Part shown: piece by piece, positions 27,661 through 35,552 of the stretch
Layout: each line of letters starts with the position of its first letter
Numbering within the stretch: the stretch's first letter is position 1
Virus record (IMG/VR): IMGVR_UViG_3300040971_000190
Coordinates: 1 to 37,026 of that record
From: a virus
Taxonomy: Duplodnaviria > Caudoviricetes
DNA length: 37,026 nt
Strand: one strand, 5' to 3'
Translations under genes and position numbers: made by a program
The notes under the pieces: model-generated
Databases searched by the model: none
What the model saw: the letters and a program-made list of their open reading frames with translations, nothing else
Told to the model about the DNA's origin: nothing

Positions 27661-28362
27661 TTACCTGGTGGTATCGCTTAAATCGGCGTGTAGGTCCTGA
27701 ATGGCTGCCAGAATAGCCAGGCGTTCCAATTGCGGCATGGTTTTCAGGCGCTCCGACCATCGGAGCTTTTTTCTTTTGATACGTTCCCGTTCGCGGAAGT
27801 TCTCACCCAGGTAGCGGTAATCGTGCAGTTGGGTTGGTTCGGGGTAATTCATCCAGGCAATTTCTTCAACAGGCCCGCCATGGGTTTGAGCGGTGTAGGA
27901 TACTTTGCGCCAGCCTGCCAATTCGCGATTGTACAGATCGGATGGATAGCCGGATATGATGACCATGCAGTTCAAGCGGCGAACCAGGTGCAGCATTTTG
28001 ATATGCTCTTCTTCAGTGCCAAACTCATGTTTGTAATATTTGCGGTTGGACCTGGTAGAAAACAAATAGGGAGGGTCGAGATAAATCAGCGTAGCGGGTA
28101 AATCACGGCCAACCTGATTAATCAAAAACTGGCATACATTTCCATGGCGCAAACCTAAATTTGGTATTCCATGGTCCATGCTTTTCCACATATCAATTAC
28201 TGCAGCATCGGCATCTATAGCGATAGAGGCCTTTGCCGGGCGCTTGTAGCGCAAGATCGCGCCAGATCCAAGGAAACCTTCCACGTACACTTCGTGGGGA
28301 GGCATGAGACTGATGATTTTCTGATAAACGCCTGATCCGTTTTTACCGCCTGGATATTGCAT
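27661..28362 (-). CDS. DNA adenine methyltransferase (Dam/D12-like)
   Basis: YPGGK, YVEGFLGSGA SAM-binding motif, YLDPPY catalytic motif; AAAGGAG RBS. Confidence 0.9.
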   Translation of the reverse strand: MQYPGGKNGSGVYQKIISLMPPHEVYVEGFLGSGAILRYKRPAKASIAIDADAAVIDMWKSMDHGIPNLGLRHGNVCQFLINQVGRDLPATLIYLDPPYLFSTRSNRKYYKHEFGTEEEHIKMLHLVRRLNCMVIISGYPSDLYNRELAGWRKVSYTAQTHGGPVEEIAWMNYPEPTQLHDYRYLGENFRERERIKRKKLRWSERLKTMPQLERLAILAAIQDLHADLSDTTR

Positions 28363-28443
28363 AGTTCTCCTTTAGCTAAAGCATCGCCGTTTGTGGTGAT
28401 GTGTTCCGGATCCAGTATCGCTTAAAATGGTGTGGTTGTCAAG

Positions 28444-28474
28444 AAAAGAGCGGGGGATTAGCCCGCTCTTTTTT
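28444..28474. terminator. Bidirectional intrinsic terminator downstream of integrase
   Basis: AAAAGAGCGGG-GGATTAG-CCCGCTCTTTTTT. Confidence 0.85.
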
Positions 28475-28476
28475 GG

Positions 28477-29424
28477 TTACAGACGCCAGTTGTCCACCGG
28501 CGATGCGCGTTTGTGAGCCGCGCTAATGTCTTCCTGGGAAATGGACAGGTAATAATTGACCATTTTCATGGAATTGTGGCCCAGCAGCCGTTTGAGCGTG
28601 AATGGATCACCGCCATTGCGCAGGTACTGGATGGCAAAGGTGTGCCTGAAGCGGTGAGGATGCACTTTTGTGACATTAGCATCCTTACCCAGACCGGTGA
28701 CCATCTTCAGCAAACTGCCACGGTTGAGCGGGTCACCCAGCTTGGAGAGAAACAGCGGTTCGTGCTGTTCTACCTCCCCGCGCTCTGCCAGGTAACGCCA
28801 GATTGCGGATCTGGCAGCCTTTCCCAGGGACAGTGTGCGCGGTTTGGATTTCTTACAGCTCTCGAACGATCTCACCCGAATTTCGCCGTTTTTCAGATCG
28901 GTATCAGCGATCGTTACGCGGCATAGTTCACTGGCACGCGCGCCAGTGTCCAACAGGGTGAGGATAATCGCAACGTCCCTTTTCTCGGTGGGGCGGTGCA
29001 TGCGAAACGCAGCCCGGCGCCTGGTGTTGGCCTGTTTTGTAAATCTTGCGGCCTTTATCAGTGCGGCTACGTCTTCGCTGGCAAATGGTTCCACGTCGGA
29101 TTCCGTCCGTTGACGTGATTTCAAGGTTGAGAGGTCTGGTTCTTTGGTTTCAAACTCTGTCGAGACCCAATTTAGAAACAATCGAAATTGTTTTAAGTAG
29201 GTTCTCTGGGTTTCTGAACTGCGGCCTGTCTCTTTCAACTTTGCCAGGTATCCCTGGATACGATCCCTATTGATTGATTCTAATGGCGGGTTATCCCACT
29301 TCTGGCACAGTCGCTTCAAATTACCTGTATAGGTTTCTATGGTTGAAGTGCTGTATCCAGTTGCCATCATCCAATAGGAGAAGCCACTCAAGGCTTCAAA
29401 AAAACTAATTGAACGGGTGTTCAT
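28477..29424 (-). CDS. int: Tyrosine integrase
   Basis: TGARASE, HPHRFRHTFA, LGHNSMKMVNYY catalytic motifs; adjacent to attP; GGAGG RBS. Confidence 0.93.
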   Translation of the reverse strand: MNTRSISFFEALSGFSYWMMATGYSTSTIETYTGNLKRLCQKWDNPPLESINRDRIQGYLAKLKETGRSSETQRTYLKQFRLFLNWVSTEFETKEPDLSTLKSRQRTESDVEPFASEDVAALIKAARFTKQANTRRRAAFRMHRPTEKRDVAIILTLLDTGARASELCRVTIADTDLKNGEIRVRSFESCKKSKPRTLSLGKAARSAIWRYLAERGEVEQHEPLFLSKLGDPLNRGSLLKMVTGLGKDANVTKVHPHRFRHTFAIQYLRNGGDPFTLKRLLGHNSMKMVNYYLSISQEDISAAHKRASPVDNWRL

Positions 29425-29511
29425 GGATGTTACCTCCGGTTCAGTGGTGGTGATTGGGATGTTGAACCTAAGGCCTCTAACCTTTGCATTCCTGCGTGGA
29501 ATGCGGACGGA

Positions 29512-29559
29512 GGTGGGCGGAACAGGGCTCGAACCTGCGACCTCATCTGTGTAAGAGAT
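29512..29559 (-). other. attP: attP core: 3' half of tRNA-Val(TAC)
   Basis: Minus strand reads ATCT-CTTACAC-AGATGAGGTCGCAGGTTCGAGCCCTGTTCCGCCCACC: anticodon loop with TAC, T-arm GGTTCGA and acceptor 3' strand; D-arm and 5' strand absent. Confidence 0.88.
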
Positions 29560-29675
29560 TAATCGGCAAAAAGTAACTATGGGGTTTTAAATGTGCTGAT
29601 TGTGCCGGTATTGATACCTACGGTGAGGCGTGTTCGATGTGTTGGATAGATGCCTATGGTACACAAATACATTTA

Positions 29676-29711
29676 TAAAATCAGCCGGTCTATTCAGGAC
29701 CGGCTTTTTTT
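29676..29711. terminator. Terminator downstream of the repressor gene
   Basis: AGCCGGTC-TATTCAG-GACCGGCT followed by T run, A run upstream. Confidence 0.7.
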
Positions 29712-29713
29712 AT

Positions 29714-30109
29714 TTATTCGGTAAACGTTATGTTGTGTTTTTTGAACACCTGCATGGTAAGTTTGATAGCATCCGGGTCGTTTCGATCCAAATTAGACGC
29801 AGCCATTTGTTCACCCAGCTCCTTGAGGGCGATTTTTAGTCTGGCTTTGAAATCGTCTGACAGGGGTTCCAGTTCATCTGTAGATGGTCTGGACATGCCC
29901 ATGACGTCATAAATCTCATCACCCAGGGCTTCGGCTAATATGGGTAAATATTTTCTACCCGGTTGATAGCGTCCGTTGACCCATGCGCTCATCATGGGCT
30001 GGGGGACACCGACGAACTCAGCAAACTGGACCAACGTTTGACGTTTCTGTTGGTCGCGTTGCCAATCCAAGAATTTCATGTTTAACCAATTAGTAAAAGT
30101 GTTTTCCAT
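29714..30109 (-). CDS. CI-like XRE helix-turn-helix repressor (no S24 peptidase domain)
   Basis: TLVQFAEFVGVPQPMMSAWVNGRYQP HTH; divergent from early operon; next to int/attP. Confidence 0.85.
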   Translation of the reverse strand: MENTFTNWLNMKFLDWQRDQQKRQTLVQFAEFVGVPQPMMSAWVNGRYQPGRKYLPILAEALGDEIYDVMGMSRPSTDELEPLSDDFKARLKIALKELGEQMAASNLDRNDPDAIKLTMQVFKKHNITFTE

Positions 30110-30181
30110 ATTTTTATTATATAACGTGTATGTTATGTGTAGTATCTAGGTATTGACAATTCGATTGAAAACCACTAATAT
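30110..30181. promoter_or_regulatory. Divergent lysis-lysogeny promoter region
   Basis: Rightward TTGACA (30153)-17 bp-TAATAT (30176); leftward TATAAT (30121-30116) 6 nt before repressor ATG; inverted repeat ATAAC-N6-GTTAT at 30121-30136. Confidence 0.65.
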
Positions 30182-30212
30182 ATAAGAAATCACATAAATA
30201 ATTGGAAAACAT

Positions 30213-30380
30213 ATGAAAACAAGAAATGAACAAATCCACGTGCGTTTGAGCGCTGACGAAAAAGAGAAACTACAACAAGCTGCCGATGATATCGGTTTAG
30301 ATTTGAGCACATTTGTACGGATGGCGGCAATTGAAAAAGCTGTAAAACAGAATGCTGAAGAGGTCCCCAGTGTTCAGTGA
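30213..30380 (+). CDS. 55-aa ribbon-helix-helix protein in the cro position (not in ORF track)
   Basis: MKTRNEQIHVRLSADEKEKLQQAADDIGLDLSTFVRMAAIEKAVKQNAEEVPSVQ, typical RHH pattern. Confidence 0.8.
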   Translation: MKTRNEQIHVRLSADEKEKLQQAADDIGLDLSTFVRMAAIEKAVKQNAEEVPSVQ

Positions 30381-30678
30381 CTCGGATATGCGTTTTGCAA
30401 AGCAAATGCAGGAATTGGAAGAAATACAATTCATGGCATCTCAAATTGCCAATGCATTGGCAAAATTAGCTGATCAGATCAAAGCCTCGCTTTTTGATTT
30501 TGTTGTGATCGCGTCCTATTGGAACCCATCCGGGCGCGTTACGTATTCTCCTACCTATATGTTTTTATTAGTTCATCTGGTTGCTCCTTTCGAAAGCCGT
30601 GCTCCTCCCGGGGCACGGCAAGGGTATTTTGTTTTATGTCGTAAGTAAAAATCAGTGAATAGTTGAAAAGGTGAAAAG

Positions 30679-31581
30679 ATGAAAGAAACAAAGAAAAATC
30701 AATCAGTAGAAATTATGTTACCGTCCTGGCAGGGGGAATTTGCAGAAAGTTATTCAGAATTAGCGAAGAATTCGCGGTTGGCCATCCAGCATGATATTGA
30801 TGTGTTTTTGGCATGGTGGAAAACGGAAAACGAAAATGAGTTCTCCCTGGAGAAATTGACCTCCTGGGATCTGCATGCATTTCGGCGCCAGCAGGTAGAA
30901 GAAATCCAGGTAGAACCGGCTACATGGAATAGACGATTGTGCAGCCTGACAAAATTGGTGAATTTTGCGACTAAATCAGGTTATGTTCAGACAGATATTC
31001 TGACCGGCATAAAACGGCTTCCGGAAACAAAACAGGCACCAAAGAGTTTGCGCAAAAACATATTTGCAGAGTTTATGCGGCAGGTGGAACGCAACCTGAA
31101 TACAGCAAAATTTCAGCAGCGGATCCAGATCGCCGCTCAGGATATGGCCATCGTGGCATTGATGACCTATGGTGGTCTGCGTGAAAGCGAAGTCACCAAA
31201 CTGACTAAGCAAGATATTGAGCTGGGTGAGCGGTCCGGATGGGTAAAGGTAAACCGGGGGAAACGTGAAAAAAGCCGAAAAAACCCGTTGTCAGTAGAGG
31301 CACGCAGGTTAATAAAACCATGGCTGGAGCGTTGTACTACAGATCAACTTTTTGATATGACACCCAGGACAATCCAAAACCGGATTGGCAGCATTGGCAA
31401 ACAAATCGGTGAGAATATTACACCGCACCAATTACGCCACACGTTTGGTAAACGGATGGTAGACGCTGGTGTGAGCCTGGAAAAGGTCCAGCAGCTCATG
31501 GGACATTCTGATTTGCGTACAACAGGCCGTTATATTGGCCCGGTATGGTCAGATTTAGAAGATGCAGTAGAAAAGATTTAG
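30679..31581 (+). CDS. Second tyrosine recombinase (XerC/D-like)
   Basis: GLRESEV, RGKREKSR, TPHQLRHTFG, GHSDLRTTGRY; full catalytic set. Confidence 0.9.
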   Translation: MKETKKNQSVEIMLPSWQGEFAESYSELAKNSRLAIQHDIDVFLAWWKTENENEFSLEKLTSWDLHAFRRQQVEEIQVEPATWNRRLCSLTKLVNFATKSGYVQTDILTGIKRLPETKQAPKSLRKNIFAEFMRQVERNLNTAKFQQRIQIAAQDMAIVALMTYGGLRESEVTKLTKQDIELGERSGWVKVNRGKREKSRKNPLSVEARRLIKPWLERCTTDQLFDMTPRTIQNRIGSIGKQIGENITPHQLRHTFGKRMVDAGVSLEKVQQLMGHSDLRTTGRYIGPVWSDLEDAVEKI

Positions 31582-31589
31582 GAGCCAGA

Positions 31590-31808
31590 ATGAATTCAAA
31601 ATTTGTGCAGGTACGTATCACTGGAGAAAAGGATCAATTGATCCAATTGAGAGAACGAATCAATGCGGTTATGCAAGCCATGGGATTTGATATGTTTGAA
31701 GTTGGTTTGCCTAAATCACGGGATGGCGGTTTTGTTTTGTACCTCACTGGTCAAGAAAAAAACGCACCGGCCGGGCCTCAGTATATCGATCCAATAGAAA
31801 GCGCGTAG
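31590..31808 (+). CDS. Hypothetical protein
   Basis: AGGAG RBS before ATG 31590. Confidence 0.5.
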   Translation: MNSKFVQVRITGEKDQLIQLRERINAVMQAMGFDMFEVGLPKSRDGGFVLYLTGQEKNAPAGPQYIDPIESA

Positions 31809-31815
31809 GGCTGAA

Positions 31816-32181
31816 ATGGAAAAGATGACACAGGCATTGGTAGCAATGCTAATTTCAGGCACTTTTATGGTCGTTCTGCATTATATTCCATGGCAGCAGT
31901 TGGGGAATTTAGCGGATAAATACCCGCATGTGATTGTTCGATATATTTCCGGTGTTTTGGCGTTTTTACTGCCGTTCACTGTCTTGCTTATCGTATGGCA
32001 GGAATATATTATTCTGGCCACGATTTGGGCATTGATTGTGTTTTCTGGGTCTATGGTCATGGTTTTACACCTGGTTGATGCATTTTTGAACGAAAAATCC
32101 CAGGCGACCATTGGCAGAATTATGAAAACTACCAGAGATAGTTTATTGGAGGATGCGCATGAAACGCGGATTGATGGATAG
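31816..32181 (+). CDS. Three-TM membrane protein
   Basis: Three hydrophobic segments. Confidence 0.6.
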   Translation: MEKMTQALVAMLISGTFMVVLHYIPWQQLGNLADKYPHVIVRYISGVLAFLLPFTVLLIVWQEYIILATIWALIVFSGSMVMVLHLVDAFLNEKSQATIGRIMKTTRDSLLEDAHETRIDG

Positions 32182-32401
32182 AAAAACTGAGACGATTCGC
32201 GCAAATATGGAAAATGCGCTGGCTATTATTGGAACATCCGTAGTGCGCATTGAAGATGCCAGACGTGTAGTTTTGCAGGTTCGTAATCCTTCCACTACTG
32301 CTTTTATGCAAGCCGAGCTTGCAGAGATATCTAACAGTTTGCAGAAATCACAGGGAATTATCTGTCTGGCTATGAATCAGTTGATCGGAAGGGAAGAATG
32401 A
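32153..32401 (+). CDS. Hypothetical helical protein (start uncertain)
   Basis: Stop coupled to methylase start (ATGA); GGAGG upstream of ATG 32159. Confidence 0.5.
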   Translation: MRMKRGLMDRKTETIRANMENALAIIGTSVVRIEDARRVVLQVRNPSTTAFMQAELAEISNSLQKSQGIICLAMNQLIGREE

Positions 32402-33855
32402 AAAATTCTTATTTGACGGTCACTGATCAATTTTGCGGAGCTGGCGGGTCATCCATTGGCGCAACTAATTCAGGAGCTGAAGTAAAGCTGGCTATGAACC
32501 ATTGGCAACTGGCAGTTGAAACACATAACACGAATTTTCCGAACGTTCAGCATGATACAGCCGATATTTCAGCCGTAAACCCACGACGTTATCCCAGTAC
32601 AAATATTTTGATTACCAGCCCTGAATGTACCAATCATTCACTGGCAAAAGGGAAACCGCGCAGATTTTACGCTAATGATCTGTTTGGAAATGTTCTGATC
32701 GATCCATCTGAAGAACGCAGCCGGGCAACTATGTGGGATGTGCCAAGATTTGCGGAATATCACGACTATGAAATCATTGTTGTGGAAAACGTTGTGGATG
32801 CCGGAAAATGGCGGCTGTGGGATTCCTGGATACATGCTATGCATGCATTGGGGTATGACCACCAGGCTGTTTATTACAATTCAATGTTTGCCTGGCCAAC
32901 TCCGCAAAGCAGAGACAGGCTATATACCGTTTTCTGGAAACATAATAACACTAAGCCGGATCTGGATTTTCGGCCTGTTGCCCATTGCGATAATTGCGAA
33001 ATTAACGTAGAGGCTATTCAGACATGGAAAAAGCAGAAAGTTTGGGGACGGTATAAAGCGCAATATTTTTACCGTTGTCCTGTTTGCACCAGGGAGGTGT
33101 TCCCGTTTTATTATGCCGCATTTAATGCAATTGATTGGACCATACCAGCAGAACGGATTGGGGATCGAAAAAAACCACTAAAGCCAAAAACAATTGAACG
33201 TATAAAATACGGTTTGGAAAAGTATGGTCGTACACCAATGGTTGTAACCGGCAGATATACAACGGGCATTGACTGCCGGGTTAGAGATGCGATTATTGAT
33301 CCATTCCCCACCCAGCCAGGTGATGCAAGCCACTCAGTAGTTTTTCCATGGTTGGTTGAAACAGGATATACCGACGATAATAAAAACAGATCCAGCAGTG
33401 TTATTCAGGCTGGGAATACTCAAACTGCCAGGCAGTCAATAGGATTGGTTGCACCGTCTTTTATAGCAGAACTTCATGGCGAATCTAAAGCTGGTGGGGT
33501 AAATGAACCATTGATGTGTGTTACCGCTGGCGGTGGTCATCATGGCCTTTTATCATCGGATGCTTTTCTTTCCTATTACTACGGAACACAGCAAGCCAGT
33601 AATATCACAGATCCAATACGCACTATTACAGGCAAAGATCGTGCTGGTCTAGTAGGTTCTTTGGAAGCATTGACTGTTGATGATCTCACATTCCGTATGC
33701 TGAAGAGTAACGAGGTAGGATCTGCAATGGCCTTTCCTCGGGATTATGTTGTCCTGGGTACGGAAAAAGAACGTGTTAAACAGTATGGAAATGCTGTCAC
33801 ACCACCGGCCATGAAATTGATATTGGACCGGTGTATTACTTCATTAAATAAATAG
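32398..33855 (+). CDS. DNA (cytosine-5) methyltransferase
   Basis: DQFCGAGG, SPECTNHS, ENV, PQSRDR and QYGNAV motifs; CxxC-CxxC insertion. Confidence 0.92.
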   Translation: MKNSYLTVTDQFCGAGGSSIGATNSGAEVKLAMNHWQLAVETHNTNFPNVQHDTADISAVNPRRYPSTNILITSPECTNHSLAKGKPRRFYANDLFGNVLIDPSEERSRATMWDVPRFAEYHDYEIIVVENVVDAGKWRLWDSWIHAMHALGYDHQAVYYNSMFAWPTPQSRDRLYTVFWKHNNTKPDLDFRPVAHCDNCEINVEAIQTWKKQKVWGRYKAQYFYRCPVCTREVFPFYYAAFNAIDWTIPAERIGDRKKPLKPKTIERIKYGLEKYGRTPMVVTGRYTTGIDCRVRDAIIDPFPTQPGDASHSVVFPWLVETGYTDDNKNRSSSVIQAGNTQTARQSIGLVAPSFIAELHGESKAGGVNEPLMCVTAGGGHHGLLSSDAFLSYYYGTQQASNITDPIRTITGKDRAGLVGSLEALTVDDLTFRMLKSNEVGSAMAFPRDYVVLGTEKERVKQYGNAVTPPAMKLILDRCITSLNK

Positions 33856-33865
33856 GAGGTTGGTA

Positions 33866-34036
33866 ATGTCTGAAAAAATTAGATTTACCGATATTGATAG
33901 AGAAATTGCAGAAGAAGAACCATGTCCTACTTGTCCTGAATGTGATGGATATATGAAATATCGTGCGGATTGGTCAGACGGTTATTATCGTCCGTTTGCG
34001 ATTTGTGAAAATTGCGGCTATGAAAGTGATCTTTGA
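33866..34036 (+). CDS. 56-aa zinc-ribbon protein (not in ORF track)
   Basis: AGGAGG RBS; CPECDG and CENCG motifs. Confidence 0.7.
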   Translation: MSEKIRFTDIDREIAEEEPCPTCPECDGYMKYRADWSDGYYRPFAICENCGYESDL

Positions 34037-34040
34037 TTAG

Positions 34041-34505
34041 GTGAATATGTCTAACGAAACACTGATCCATAATGAAATATCACGGTTCGGTTTGCGGTCC
34101 ATTCGGGTTTTATCGAGTGAGCCTGTTATGGCAGATAACTGGATAGAGTGCATTCCAGGTGAGTGTGTCGATTTGGATATTGTCAGATGGGAAAATCAGG
34201 ACCTGGGTTTGTATTATGCTGATTTTACATGGCATGCACGCGGAGATCTGGTCAGTATTCCGGGCCGTGATACGGAAAGTGTTTTGTGGTGGATATATCC
34301 AGTAGAGGCAGGGGTTTCCTGGAACGCGGCATTGGCGGCAGCGGCGTTCAGGGTTGCAAAAGGCGTATGGCCGTCAAAAATACTTATTCAGAAGCTCCCT
34401 GAGAAGGCAAAGAAAGAGATTTCTGCAGAATTCTCGGGAGAAGTTGTATCAATTCCGCTGGAAATCGATCCTGCAATTCCGTTTCGGTTTGTAGCGGCCA
34501 TTTAG
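34041..34505 (+). CDS. Hypothetical protein
   Basis: 154-aa ORF in operon. Confidence 0.55.
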   Translation: MNMSNETLIHNEISRFGLRSIRVLSSEPVMADNWIECIPGECVDLDIVRWENQDLGLYYADFTWHARGDLVSIPGRDTESVLWWIYPVEAGVSWNAALAAAAFRVAKGVWPSKILIQKLPEKAKKEISAEFSGEVVSIPLEIDPAIPFRFVAAI

Positions 34506-34521
34506 CAGAAATGGAGATGTT

Positions 34522-34920
34522 ATGTATCACCAATTAGTTTTAGCTGGCCATTTAGGCCGTGATCCTGAGATGCGCTTTACCCCTTCAGGGGCAAAGGTAA
34601 CTACCTTTCCAGTAGCCATTAATGATGACTATGTTAATGCAGCAGGTGAAAAGATCAAGCGTACCATTTGGGTGCGTGTGAGCGTCTTTGGCAATGCTGC
34701 TGAGGCATGTAATAACTACCTGGCTAAGGGTAAGAAGGTTCTGGTTGTGGGTACGTTGAATGGGGATAAAAACGGCAATCCTACCGTATTCCAGCGTGAT
34801 GATAAAAGTTATGGTGCGTCCTTCGAAATGAAAGCCGCAAAGGTACGCTTTTTGAGTGATGCTGATAGCACTGCTACGGATCAACCTGGTCACGTCCAGG
34901 AAGAAGATCTTCCATTCTAA
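34522..34920 (+). CDS. ssb: Single-stranded DNA-binding protein
   Basis: LAGHLGRDPEMRFTPSG N-terminus, acidic EEDLPF tail. Confidence 0.95.
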   Translation: MYHQLVLAGHLGRDPEMRFTPSGAKVTTFPVAINDDYVNAAGEKIKRTIWVRVSVFGNAAEACNNYLAKGKKVLVVGTLNGDKNGNPTVFQRDDKSYGASFEMKAAKVRFLSDADSTATDQPGHVQEEDLPF

Positions 34921-34930
34921 GGCGGTTGTA

Positions 34931-35167
34931 ATGGCTAAAAAAGGTAATCCAATACGCTGCGGTCAGATGACCCTGGACAATTCGTTCAGGGCCATTTCAG
35001 CAGCAGTAATTGAGTTAGCTGTAACTGAAGCCAGGCGCGGCAATATCTCTGCGATTGATTTTCTTATCAGGGATGGCGGTGGTGTCTACGCTGATATTCT
35101 TGGTATTCACCCAGACCGGATACGGCGATGGGCACAGTCCGGATTTGTGCAGGGGGGTGGTAGATGA
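34931..35167 (+). CDS. Hypothetical protein
   Basis: 78-aa ORF after ssb. Confidence 0.5.
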   Translation: MAKKGNPIRCGQMTLDNSFRAISAAVIELAVTEARRGNISAIDFLIRDGGGVYADILGIHPDRIRRWAQSGFVQGGGR

Positions 35168-35318
35168 TAGCAGGCAGGTATGTTCTGTCCACCCTCCCCG
35201 CGCCCCGGTTAGTAGTCAAGGCAGTAGATAAAATAAGGAAAATATACACTAATACACCCGCGTTAACTGCCGGGGGCACGCACTGCACAGAAAAGGGGGC
35301 GGGGGTGGTGCTCTGTGG

Positions 35319-35346
35319 ATTACGCATAATAAGGATTATGCGTAAA
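35319..35346. other. dif-like tyrosine recombinase site
   Basis: ATTACGCATAA-TAAGGA-TTATGCGTAAA: 11-6-11 layout with GCATAA-N6-TTATG core as in Xer dif sites. Confidence 0.7.
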
Positions 35347-35552
35347 GTTTACGGCTGTTTTCCCGGGGTTGGGTGGGGTATATGCCCGTGTAACAATGTT
35401 TTTATGCTTCGCATAATAATTACGGCTCGAATAATCCCAGGGTACGGGGAGCCTCGTTTGAGTGCGAATAGCTTTTTTTGGGGGTAAGCCGGTCGGCATC
35501 CCTGGTAAGTTGAAATATTTGTAAGAAACGCTTCAAACAAGGAGAAAAAACA

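Noticed and set aside
29512-29559. Possible functional tRNA gene
   Set aside because: Only anticodon arm to acceptor 3' strand present; no D-arm or 5' strand
30352-30648. 98-aa ORF in the track
   Set aside because: Overlaps the RHH gene, weak initiation signals, 3' half looks like structured non-coding DNA; not excluded but unsupported
35211-35219. AGTAGTCAA match to the cassette 2 target
   Set aside because: A 9-bp match is plausible by chance in 37 kb and is not at an RBS
35164-35487. 107-aa ORF in the track
   Set aside because: Crosses the dif-like site and G/C tracts with no recognisable protein features
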